This document shows, one piece after another, positions 53,391-64,000 of a DNA stretch of 64,000 nt; the first letter of the stretch is position 1, and each line of letters begins with the position of its first letter. A model generated the notes under the pieces. It was not told the DNA's origin and searched no databases. It saw only the letters and a list, made by a program, of their open reading frames with translations. Made by a program: the position numbers and the translations under genes. The stretch spans positions 345,290 to 409,289 of the forward strand of contig JALMLS010000320.1 of assembly GCA_038496445.1 (NCBI GenBank). Reading direction: 5' to 3'. The DNA comes from Trichosphaerium sp. ATCC 40318 (Eukaryota; Protista; Tubulinea).

Positions 53391-54680
53391 TTACATACGT
53401 AATCAAAGCTACTTGATGCTTTATCTTTTGATGGGAACATAGCTTGGTTCGATTCATTATGTTTTTCTGATCTATCATCTTTTTGTGGCCATGTTTGCAT
53501 AAACTCAGGGTCTGTTGGTAAGGAGACTCTTCAAAGTAAGCATGTCTTACAGCGTCTTTTGCTTTTATTCTTTTTTCAGGATTGTAGCATCATATTCATT
53601 AACAGTAAAAACCCTGTTTCACTAAGCCTGTCCTTGGCAATTTTAAAGTGTATGTTATTATACGGCTGATTTTAGTGATGTTATGCAACTTAATTGACTT
53701 CTATGAGGCCATTTTACTTTGTTATTGATTGCTTACTTTGTTTAAAACAAGTTGTAGTTAGAATAATGCTACATTGAAAAAAAGGTGCATCTTCATTTGA
53801 AGTGTACTAATCATACACTAAGCGCATGGTTTCTCGGAATTATGCTATCCCAGGCTTCTGTATTTTTTGTTTATCCAACTTCAATGACGGAAGTCATTGT
53901 TTGTTTAAAAGTCATTTAAAGTCGAGTCGCTAAACAAACACCACTAGCTGATTTTCGAATTGAATCTAAGTGTTTTCGTTAGTGGCAATATTGTTTAGTT
54001 GAACAAAACCTCAAAACCCCACATTCACGTAGTCTGTACGTATATGATTTAGCAATACAAATGTAGCTTGAGTGTAATGAAGTTGCCAAAAATAGAAAAA
54101 AACACATAATTACGTTTGGAAAAAACCGAGAAAATAACTTGCACGCTTTGAGCTGTATTTGTTCAACAAAGTCTCAATAACAACCCCATGTTCAACTAAA
54201 TATGGCGTACTTTTGTACATTAGGCAGTTTGGAAATCCAGGCCACAATTTCTCGTTAGGCGTTCCAAGTAGCTTGAACATCTGAAAAGAAAAAAAATTAG
54301 AAAATAATAAAAACACAAACCGAAGCTGTACTAGGACAAGCTGTTCGATTTCACTATAGCCCCATAAAAGAGGTTCTCCAATAAGTAGTTCTACAAAACA
54401 CATCTACAATATGTGGATTTTCCACTTTACGAAGACTTGTGAGTGGAAATCCTTCTTTTTCTTTTTGCATTTTTACTTTCTTTAATGCGCAACGATTTCG
54501 CCTGTTTGTTTATCCTTTGCTTTATCTGTTACTGTTTTAGCTTTGTGAGGGCATGTAAAAATCGTTTTTCGTACAGACAACACCGAATGTGCCTTCTTCT
54601 ATTTTATTCTCTTTAGAGAATGCGTCAACAGATATACATCCTCGTAATACCGCGTTGGCAGGCACTTTTGGCTGTCTATA
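53391..54680 (-). pseudogene. CDK11 duplicate, disabled
   Basis: High identity to 56287-57970 including introns; ~650 bp catalytic core deleted at ~54405, small frameshifts, MITE insertion in last exon. Confidence 0.93.
53673..53946. mobile_element. Non-autonomous hAT-like MITE, 274 bp
   Basis: 8-bp direct repeat GCTGATTT on both sides (53665-53672, 53947-53954), termini TAGTG...CACTA with degenerate TIRs; empty site in paralog at ~56565. Confidence 0.85.
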
Positions 54681-55217
54681 AACCTTTCTTTTCCATTCAG
54701 CTATAAACCCACTAATTGTGGCCGCTTTAATACGTAAAGTGTAACTCTGGCTTAATTTACCCAATTTCTTTTTCAATGACACGTTTATCAGTTCTGCTGA
54801 AAAACAGCTACAATTATGGCTGAGGAGTACAGTAGAACCCATCTTGGTGCTTTTTTTATTGATCACGTGTTAATATGGTTGTGATGTTGTCATAAAAAAC
54901 TCCAACCTTTTTCTTTTGGTCGAAACTATGATTGACAACTAGATGCGTGAAAACGAATGCTGTCTAATTTTTTCGAACTGTTTTTTCGAACTTGTTCGAA
55001 ACTTTTCGGACACCTTTGTACAAACAGTTTATTCGTTTAAAATTATTAAAGTGCTCCTGACAGCGTATGTTAACTCATCACATGTTGTCATTTTGTGTAC
55101 TGAGATTTTTGGTGTTTCACTTAATCTAATTCCAAGTCAGTTTCGCGAAAAAGGAGCGTTAAGATAAAAAGCAATACAAAAAAGAAATCAAAGTAAACAA
55201 ACACCAACAAGAATAAC

Positions 55218-55970
55218 ATGGCAGCAACAAAAATTAAAGTGGTTGTAGTAGGAGACAAAGCTGTAGGAAAAAGGTAAGATCCAAAGTACTAGCGATAAGC
55301 ACTTTCCTCACTTCTTTTTGTAGGGCTTTGCTATTTACATACGCAAAAGGAAAGTTCCCTGAAGACATACCGATAGTATTGTAAGTGCTTCACTTTTACT
55401 CATCCTTTTGACCACGTGTTATGAAGCAATTACTTACATTTACTTTAGTGATAATTATAAATGTAGTTTAAACACATCAACTGGAAAGAAAGTCAACTTG
55501 ACACTTTGGGATACAGCAGGGTACGCAAAAGTCTTTTTGATTCTGCACAATAAAAAACCTGTTTCAATGATTGTTGATCTAACCAGTTTTTTAGGCAAGA
55601 AAAATATGATAAACTAAGACCACTTTCATATGCCGATGCTGGGATTTTCCTAGTTTGTTATTCATGTGATAATAAGAAGTCATTATCAAATGTTAAAACA
55701 AAATGGATTCCAGAAATTACACATCATGCTCCTGATGTTCCTTTTATCTTAGTAGGAACAAAGTCAGACTTGAAACATATTACACCTGATGGAGTATCTA
55801 CACAAGAAGCTCAATCAGTTGCTAAAAAGCTGGGCGCAGTAACACACATGGAATGTTCAGCAAAAACTGACTATAACAGTATAGAAGATATATTTATTGG
55901 CATAGCACAAAGCGTTTTACAGTCAAAGAAAAAAAAGAACAAGAAACACAAAAAGTGCCGTATCTTGTAA
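55218..55970 (+). CDS. Atypical Rac/Rho-family GTPase
   Basis: VVVGDKAVGK, VFDNY, LWDTAG|QEKYDKLRPLSY, VGTKSD, ECSAK, polybasic tail + CRIL CaaX. Confidence 0.92.
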
Positions 55971-56046
55971 ATATACTCAAAAATAAAAAACTGTGTACAT
56001 AGTTTGCGTGAAGGTTTTTGACTGGGACGGTCGTTTTACTCGCCAA

Positions 56047-56178
56047 TGAGATAGCAGTAATGGTCTTGTTGATGACCACCCTTATTCCTTATAACTACGA
56101 AATTCCATTCAAAGCGTTTAATGTCATCTTCATGAAACACACTGGTACAAGACTGAAGCTGGGTATCAGATTAATATC
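56047..56178 (-). pseudogene. Degenerate remnant of the 51825-52745 gene
   Basis: Aligns with ~52586-52745 with indels. Confidence 0.75.
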
Positions 56179-56286
56179 ATAGACAAAAGGTCTTGCTTGC
56201 TTTTTGTAATAACATGTACACGTATTAGTCCTTGTGACCACATCAAGAATATTAGCAATGTAGAAAGTACTGATTTACTTCTTATT

Positions 56287-58058
56287 TTACATACGTAGTA
56301 CAAAGCTACTTGATGCTTTATCTTTTGATGGAAGCACAGCATGATTTAATTCATTACGTTTTTCTGATCTATCATCTTTTTGTGGCCATGTTTGCATAAA
56401 CTCAGGGTCTGTTGGTAAAGGAGACTCTTCAAAGTAAGCATGTCTTACAGCGTCTTTGGCTTTTATTCTTTTTTCAGGATTGTAGCATAACATATTCATT
56501 AACAGTAAAAATCCTGTTTCACTAAGCCTGTCCTTGGCTATTTTAGAGCGTATGTTATTATACGGCTGATTTTCGAATTTTATCTGAGTGGTAGTTAGTA
56601 TGCAAGTTGTTTACTTAGTGAAAAAAAACCCGTAAAAAGTAGGTTCATAAGTATGGTTTAGAGCAAGGCTAGTAGATTGACGTATCTTTTTCTCACTAAA
56701 AAATGATAGAAAACACGTGATTTGTGAGTTGGAAAAAAACGAGATTAACACCAAAAAATTGAGAATTTGAACGAGTGAAGTAAAATTCTTCAACCAATTG
56801 ACAATAAAAACCTGTTTGACTTAATATGACGTACTTTTTGTACATTAGGCAGTTTGGAAAATCCAGGCCACAATTTCTCGTTAGGCGTTCCAAGTAGCTT
56901 GAACATCTGAAAAAAAAAAAAATTGGAAAATAATAAAAACACAAACACGAAGCCGTACTAGGACAAGCTGTTCGATTTCACTATGGCCGCTTATAAGAGG
57001 TTCTCCAATAAGTAGTTCTGCAAAAACACATCCTACAGACCACATATCTATTGCTGTTGAATATATGCGTTGTCCAAGCAACAGTTCAGGGCAACGGTAC
57101 CTTAGTATGGGTTAGAAAGAACGTCACATCAAACTATCTTATTAAGTACCATAAGGTAACAACTGGCTGTGACATTGCTTCTAAAGGATCACTATAGGCT
57201 CTTGCAAGGCCAAAATCACATATTTTAATTACACCCTCGTTATTTAGAAGAAGATCTAGTGTTAAGGAATAAAAAAGAACTTGAAGTTTTAGCGGTAAAT
57301 GACCATGAAGAAAGAACGGATACTAGCTGTCTTGATATCGCGATGGATCAACCAACTTTCATGTAAATATTCAAGTCCTTGTAATAGACCTAGCATGAGT
57401 GTTTTAACCTGTGTAAAAGTATCAGTGAGCAAACTTGGTTCAGTGAAAAAAAATTCTGATTGCAAACGCTGTGACACTTCTGTGTACCTCTCCAATCTTA
57501 AATGGTGATTTCATATGTTCCATTAAACCCTTTAGATCATGGTCCAAAAATTCCATAACAATGAATATGCTACAAAAGGTAAGACGAGCTTGAATTGGAA
57601 AAATTTTTTCATTTTCTTTCTTTTGGCTTATTTATGCTTTACCTGTTGCCATTAGGACCTGTGACGATTTCTTTTACGTCTACAATATGTGGATGTTTAC
57701 ATTTGAGAAGTATATCCACTTCACGAAGACTTGTGAGTGGAAATCCTTCTTTTTCTTTTTGCATTTTTACTTTCTTTAATGCAACGATTTCGCCTGTTTG
57801 TTTATCCTTTGCTTTATCTGTTACTGTTTTAGCTTTGTGGGGGCATGTAAAAATCGTTTTCGTACAGACAACGCCGAATGTGCCTTCTTCTATTTTATTC
57901 TCTTTAGAGAATGCGTCAACAGATCTACATGCTTGTAATACCGCGTTGGCAGGCACTTTTGGCTGTCTATATACTAAAACTGCCTTTTCTTCCATTGGCG
58001 CTTCAGTTAGTTCATCTACCTTCTGTTTTTTTGACGTGTGGTCTGTTTTGTCTAACAT
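56287..58058 (-). CDS. CDK11: Cyclin-dependent kinase 11 (PITSLRE family)
   Basis: [42 protein letters not shown]|NLL, CDFGLAR, VVTLW|[22 protein letters not shown]; start approximate. Confidence 0.93.
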
Positions 58059-59010
58059 CTTGTTATATGTTCTCAAACTAAACCGAAATAACGTGGATGA
58101 TTAGAATACGTGCTTTCATCGTTTCTAGGGCGCTTTTCACCAACAATCTCTGCATTTTGCTCTGACATATGGTATGACACGGAGACAGTGGCAACAAAAC
58201 AGTGTTCACAATGTCAAGGGAGTGTACCAGGTAGTTTTCGGTGGATAAGCGGGTTCTAAGAGGTTATTAAGATGACAACTTTAAGTTGCATAGAAATGGT
58301 AAAAACAGGACTGACAGAAACGACAAGGTATTTCATTTTTAACAAGCTTTGATCAAGATGATCATGTTCTGCTTTTAGGACGAACACAACAGAGATATAA
58401 AAGATGAAAAATAAAGTTAAGTGCAAAATCTGTTCCTTAAGCCCCATAAATTATCGCGCAAAACGTGTGACACAAAATGCGTATTCTTTTGATATGTACC
58501 ATCCTCATAGTACTTAGTATTACTACGAAAGGGCAAATTGATTTTAGTGTACGTAAAGCCTGTAGTCGTTGCTCTTTTCGTCTTAATGTGCTTTAGATAT
58601 ACGAAGGAGCCTTTTGTGACGGCATACCGTTTAAAAATTTCACACGTGATTATAACACTTGTTATGGCGCTAAAAACACTATACCTGCTCTAAACCAAGA
58701 CATACAATACGTTAACTGCGAGAGCGATAAACAGTATTCAACTGTTAGCCTTAAAACCATAGAAATGCTATTAACGGGTACTTTAGTTGATATACAGGAC
58801 ATACAAGGACAATGCAACCAAGTGTCAAGAGTTTTTCGAAGAAGATACAATCTCTACAGACTTTTGCATTTCAGCTGGTCCTTTTGCGTACAAAATAACT
58901 TGTAAGCCTAACCCTGTACGTATATTTCAGTTCACTTCCAAAAAGGAAAGATGACTTTACACGTGTAAAGCGTAAGATAAACTTCTATTTATCTTTTTTT
59001 TTTAATTCAA

Positions 59011-59344
59011 GTCGCCTCCAGCTCCGTTGAAGATATCATCGTTGGGTTACTTAAACTCTGACTGTTCTGGTAACCCTGCTTATATTGCAAATTTTACTAG
59101 TGGTAAATGCTCTACGGATAAAAAAGGAACGGCGTTTAGTGTAACGTGCTATGGTGTACGTTTTAAATCCTTTTTTTTTCTTAGATTCTGCTCACTCCGA
59201 ATTAAGGGCTCTCTTCAACAAACCCAGTACTTTGATGCCGAATGTAAACAACCAATTGGAGGTGGCGGTTTTATGAATAGACAAAAATGTAGTACAACAC
59301 CTGGGATTGGTTTATCTAATAGCGTTGTTTGTACAGAAAAATAA
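59011..59344 (+). CDS. Small Cys-rich, probably secreted protein (partial model)
   Basis: Two similar Cys-spaced modules (YLNSDCSG..; YFDAECK..) separated by a GT-AG intron. Confidence 0.45.
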
Positions 59345-59808
59345 ATGGCTCACACAAACACTTGGTAGTTTGTTTCAAATACCCATGAATTGTAACACAA
59401 GCGAAATTAAACAGTATTGAAGTACACAACTTTGTTGCAGTCACGTGTCGAACTTAAAATTGAAAAGTATGGCAAGTTAGAAAGAACTTTCTGTGGTACG
59501 TTGCATGATACACATCTATAAACTTCTGCAAAAGTCTATTCACATTTGGAACTGATGAGGCTTTACACGACGCCTGTTTGTAACTGAATATTTTGTAAAT
59601 GCTTTGTGCGCATTACACCAGTACAGTTCAGGCAAAGCACAACCCTGAATGGGACTGAAATCACAATTTAGGCATTCTATTCTTTTCTCTTTACGCCTAC
59701 GTACAGCGTATAACTATTACTATTAAGTTCAATCACTTACAAAACTCCGGTTACACAATCTGATTATTGTTTTTACAAACAATAGTAATACACCACTTCA
59801 CTGCCACA

Positions 59809-61117
59809 ATGAGCTTGGTATTATTCCAATTATATATAATTGTGACTGCATGGCTTGTTTCTGGTTCGTTTAGGAATACAGCAATGAAATTAACAACCAT
59901 ACCGCAGACCACCAATTATACGCCCAACCGGTGTTACCTCAATCTCGTGGCTGTAAGTGTCAATGTGAGGCGTGTAATGGATGTATGTTTGAAGATTCGA
60001 CCGCTTGCCCGCGTCAAAATGGCGGTGGAGACAGTACGAACTTATTTCTGTAATAACACGTGTTTTGGTTAATGTTTTCCAAAAGTTGACCTTGGATCAC
60101 TTGGCGTAGATTGTGTCGTTGTTGACGCAAGTGCCGGTACAATCGTAGGAACGGATGGTGCTGATTGTATAATGATTACTGGAAGCTCTACAATTATATC
60201 TGGTGAAGTTACAGGAGAAAGAGGAAACGACTGTATCATAGTACAAGATAAAGCAACTGTGATGAATTTACGTGGAAGTATGTCAGTTTTGTAGCTATTT
60301 ATAGCTGACACGTGCTTACCAATCTATCAGACCAAGATGATGACTGTATAAGAGTTATTGATTCAACAACTTCTAGGGTAATCGGTAGCAATGGAGTGGA
60401 CGATATTATCTTCGAAGGAGTAAGAACAGATTCAACTGGCTCGTATGACTATGTACGAACATCACATTCTAACATTATCACAGGTTTGCGGACATAGAGG
60501 GTAGAGCAGGAGACGATTGTATACGAGTCTTACCCTACAATGGAGTACCTTCGATTCTTAGAGACATACAGGGAGACACAGAAAATGATTGCATTGAAGT
60601 ACAAAATAGCGTAATGGAACGAATAAGAGGTAATAATAGAATCGGGTCTTGAATAATGACCAAAATTATAGCTGGCGATGGCGATGACATAATAGATGCA
60701 AGATGTTCATCAATATTCTCTGCTGAAGGTAGAGGTGGAGATGACGTAATTATCTTATCTTCAATAACAGTTCGCACGTGGCAATTCCTCAATTAAATCT
60801 TATTTTGATCATAGCTGTGTCAGCATCAGAAGTTCGAATTGTACGCGGTGGTAATGATCGGGATTTGATTATAATAGAAGATGAGATTCAGAACTCAAGA
60901 GTTGATGGGCGTATAGATGGAGGAAACGGCGAAGATGTGTATGTAGACTATCTTTTAGTTAAACTAACACTATTTAAGGTGCTGTTTGGCAGATCAAATG
61001 GGTACTGAAATAAGAGACTGTGAGATTCCTACGACATGTGTATCACCTTGTCCAATGATGCGAACGCCTTCAATGTGCAATAGACGGCTTAGTACTTGTA
61101 TTGCATTGACAACCTAA
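59809..61117 (+). CDS. Secreted protein with RTX/hemolysin-type Gly-Asp Ca-binding-like repeats
   Basis: Signal peptide, Cys-rich ends, repeats GTDGADCI, GERGNDCI, GSNGVDDI, GDGDDII, GRGGDDVI, GGNDRDLI, GGNGEDV across about 7 introns. Confidence 0.75.
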
Positions 61118-61461
61118 GTGCAAATACTAAAACAAAAAATACAGTTCATTCTCTATGGGCGAATGTAATCATATCACGCACAGTGTAGTGTGCACACTTG
61201 AATTTATATACAGGCTCTTTCCTTCCTACTGGGATTAATATAATTATATCACTAACAGAGCAATGGTTGTTGCTTTAAGTAAGACAAATTCATATATTTT
61301 ACGGTGAGATTTTGGTGGGTATAGGCATTCGGTTTTTGTATCGAATTCTATTTTTTCGAATTTTTTCTTTCGAAAAATTTGGAAAAAACGTGGGTCGCAG
61401 TTTTAATGTTTGACAGCTTTTGACCAACAACACCAAGCGCTAGAAGTTATATTCGGCGTGA

Positions 61462-62650
61462 ATGGAACAGTTACCGCCTGAAATATTGCTTTACATCGTC
61501 GAATACATTAATAGTCCATCGTATTTAGCAAATACTATGCAAACATGCTCTTTGCTTGCGTCTGTTGCTAAATCATGTCCCTTATACAAAGTACAACATT
61601 ATAAAGCCAATTTTCGGCTTGTTTATTTAGTTTAGTTTATGACTAGTGACCACAAGGTAACGAGAGTAGCAGGGAGTGGAGAAGGATACCAAGATGGTAA
61701 TACTAATGCTTTGTTTAATTATCATCAACTCAATTATTTGTGGGTTAGGAGATGCTATTACAACTGCAAGGTTTGATTTCATATACGCTCTGGCATTTGA
61801 TAATAATGGTGACGTATGCCATAAATGTTTTAGATTGAAGTATTAAGATTATCATCAACTAACTTGTTTCTATGTAAGCTCATTATATCTGATAGTGTGA
61901 ATCAAGTGATACGAAAATTATGTATGAAGACAAATATAGTGAGTACATTTGAAGGCGTTCAGTATAAATTACGACATCCTGAGGGCATTGCAGTTGATGA
62001 ATGGAATACTATTTTTATAGTAGATGGTGCATATGTACAATATTGGGTGAACTCAAACCTTAATTTACGTAATATTTTTTAGCGGATAGTATACTTGGAC
62101 AGTCAGTCTGGAGAGCTCAAGGAACTTGTAAAATATCCTGGCAAATGGATAAGAAGAATTGCAATTGCTCACGGGTATGTTCTATACACCTCAAGAAACA
62201 GTTACTATGTAGAATCTACCAAACACCCTCGAATGACTCAATCCATATCAGTGAATACACTTGAATTTCCAAGAGCAAAAGACTATATTTGTTGCATCGC
62301 AGTTGATGATAATGAGAATATTTACTTCAGCTGCTACAAGTATATTTATAGAACAGACAACAACTTTGAAACAAAGATTATCTATGAGATGCCAGCTGAA
62401 GCAAGCGAGTTCTTTTCTTATGCAAAAGGTATGACGTGTAATCATAGAATGTATTTTGCTGATATCTTCTGCAGGGTGTTTATTTTTTGGTAGTACGGCT
62501 AACTTGTATTGTTTGTTTGTTGAATCAAAGGATTTGTTAAAGATTAAACTAGATGGAGTTTCCCATATTGATCACGTGACATATTACGGAGAATCGTTGT
62601 ATTTTACTCACGCTGGAACTCGCATAAGCAAGATTGATATGAACATTTAA
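61462..62650 (+). CDS. F-box + NHL-repeat protein
   Basis: MEQLPPEILLYI F-box; VAGSGEGYQDG, IISDSVNQVIRK, HPEGIAVD NHL motifs. Confidence 0.82.
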
Positions 62651-62968
62651 AGGTCAATACACATTGCTTTCAATAACCTTGATGTCTTCCTTGCAACCCT
62701 CCCTCATGTTTGGTCCAGAGACTGGCTACAGCCAGATTATGTAGTTACTCCCACTTTTAAAACAAATTTTGACGTTGAAAATAGTTTGTTATGATTAACG
62801 CTTGAGTAAATTGTATTACATACTATAAATAACATATATAGAGTATATAAAAATTCATTAATAGTAGCGTACTCTACAATGACTCTAAAAAATAGTTTAA
62901 TTCTGTGTGACTTAGCTGGTTTTTTTTTTGCACAGGATTTTGTACCCAAATTTAGAGCAATTAGAATT

Positions 62969-63322
62969 TTTACCTTTGAGCGGTGTATTTACTAGTTTGT
63001 AGCATTATTGCGTTATAAATTAAACTAATTGTATCAGTGCGTTAGTTTGCTAGCTTTGACCCGGCTATTTTAGTGTGACGTTAAGGGCAGCATCGCTTTG
63101 AGACAGTTACAGAAATTCCGAAAATTTTAAAATAAAAAATTTTGTTTTGAAAAAAGTTGCTTTGACTGTCGGTACTTTTCCTCAGCACAGCAAGAACAAA
63201 TTGCAAAATGGTTTTGATGCCAATAAGTATAGAATACTAGCTACATGACTAAACCAGAAATTGAACTTTAAGATGGTTATGAGATGATAAACGTCTCAAC
63301 ATTCTCGAAATCAGTAAATATC
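62969..63322 (-). repeat. ~355 bp dispersed repeat, copy B (inverted)
   Basis: Reverse complement of 38750-39106 with a few small indels. Confidence 0.93.
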
Positions 63323-63427
63323 AGATAGCAACCATTGGTAGTGTTTGCGGTTTTTTTTTTTGCTCCTTGTGTAGATTGAAATAAATATTATTAAGGAGAA
63401 CGAATAAATATTTCTATGTTGCTTCAG

Positions 63428-64000
63428 CTATTCTTCGGTCGTCATGGGTAGGTTATCATATAACCAATCAAATTCTTGCATATATTGTTGTCCTACTTGT
63501 AAATGTACATTTTCTTCTGATAGAGCGGAGCAGTCCACAAAATCAAAATTCTGCTGCTGGAAATCACGATATTGACACTGTCCATCAATACCAAGCTCAC
63601 GTTCGTCAAGACAGTTTGTCTCTTCTGTAGCGTGTGGGTATGTAGTGTCCATGGGGGTTGGTTCCAAACGATTCATCTGTGATGTTAAGGCGCTGTAGTC
63701 TTGGCCCATGTCATTGAGATTGAACGCCAGTTGAGTATTATAGGCTGTTTGTGTGGTATTAGTATCGAGCAATTGTTTATTTTCCTCCACTGACGTATCA
63801 TTTGCGTTTATTGTAACTGTTTGAAATCCTAGAGAGTGATAAGAAGTCAAGATTTTCTAGAAATGCTGTAAAACATCTTTTTTTAAGTACCCTTCATTAT
63901 ATGTTGCCTAACTAAGCTGAACGCACAAGGATTAAAATGCGACGTCATATCAGGTACTTCAGGATGGAATATAACGAACTGATATATGCATTGGCCACCG
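63428..64000 (-). CDS. 3' exons of an unidentified gene with acidic Q/T/N-rich C-terminus
   Basis: 140-aa open terminal exon and an upstream exon running off the window. Confidence 0.45.

Noticed and set aside
57595-58104. Long antisense ORFs (also 4897-5304, 10233-10676, 39244-39558, 6400-6804)
   Set aside because: These are shadows or alternative frames of genuine exons with no recognisable motifs
38750-63322. Inverted repeats as TIRs of one 24.5-kb transposon (Polinton/MULE-like)
   Set aside because: No flanking TSD seen, no transposase, integrase or polymerase inside, and the interval holds housekeeping genes (SmE, CDK11); cannot be wholly excluded
1-64000. Endogenous giant virus region (F-box, LRR, MORN, ankyrin genes)
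   Set aside because: No viral hallmark genes were seen; these genes have spliceosomal introns and are interspersed with core eukaryotic genes

Overview
Gene-dense, AT-rich (roughly 35% GC by eye) eukaryotic nuclear DNA from a protist, possibly amoebozoan-like (inferred from gene content only). It uses the standard genetic code and has many short spliceosomal introns (mostly 40-250 nt), so the ORF track shows only exon fragments. Recognisable spliced genes include a Ser/Thr kinase, a PSI-like Cys-repeat secreted protein, a patatin phospholipase with filamin/Ig-like tail, two tandem family-C GPCRs, POT1 head-to-head with TAF10, a C-type lectin protein, a cytochrome P450, SmE, a SPRY-ankyrin-PARP protein, a vWA-RRM protein, an atypical Rac/Rho, CDK11, an RTX-like repeat protein and several F-box genes. 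Pseudogenes include a Rab, an F-box/LRR gene and a CDK11 duplicate carrying a hAT-type MITE. The most unusual items are: (1) a circularly permuted tRNA-like gene at 49593-49670 (minus), broken in the variable region; (2) about 10-fold enrichment of CACGTG together with GTACGT/GCACGT splice donors and frequent GC-AG introns; (3) a U12-type intron candidate in CDK11; (4) a precise intron gain/loss between the two GPCR paralogs; (5) a Q-Y-E PARP with an unusual domain string. All gene models were assembled by eye and some ends are approximate.
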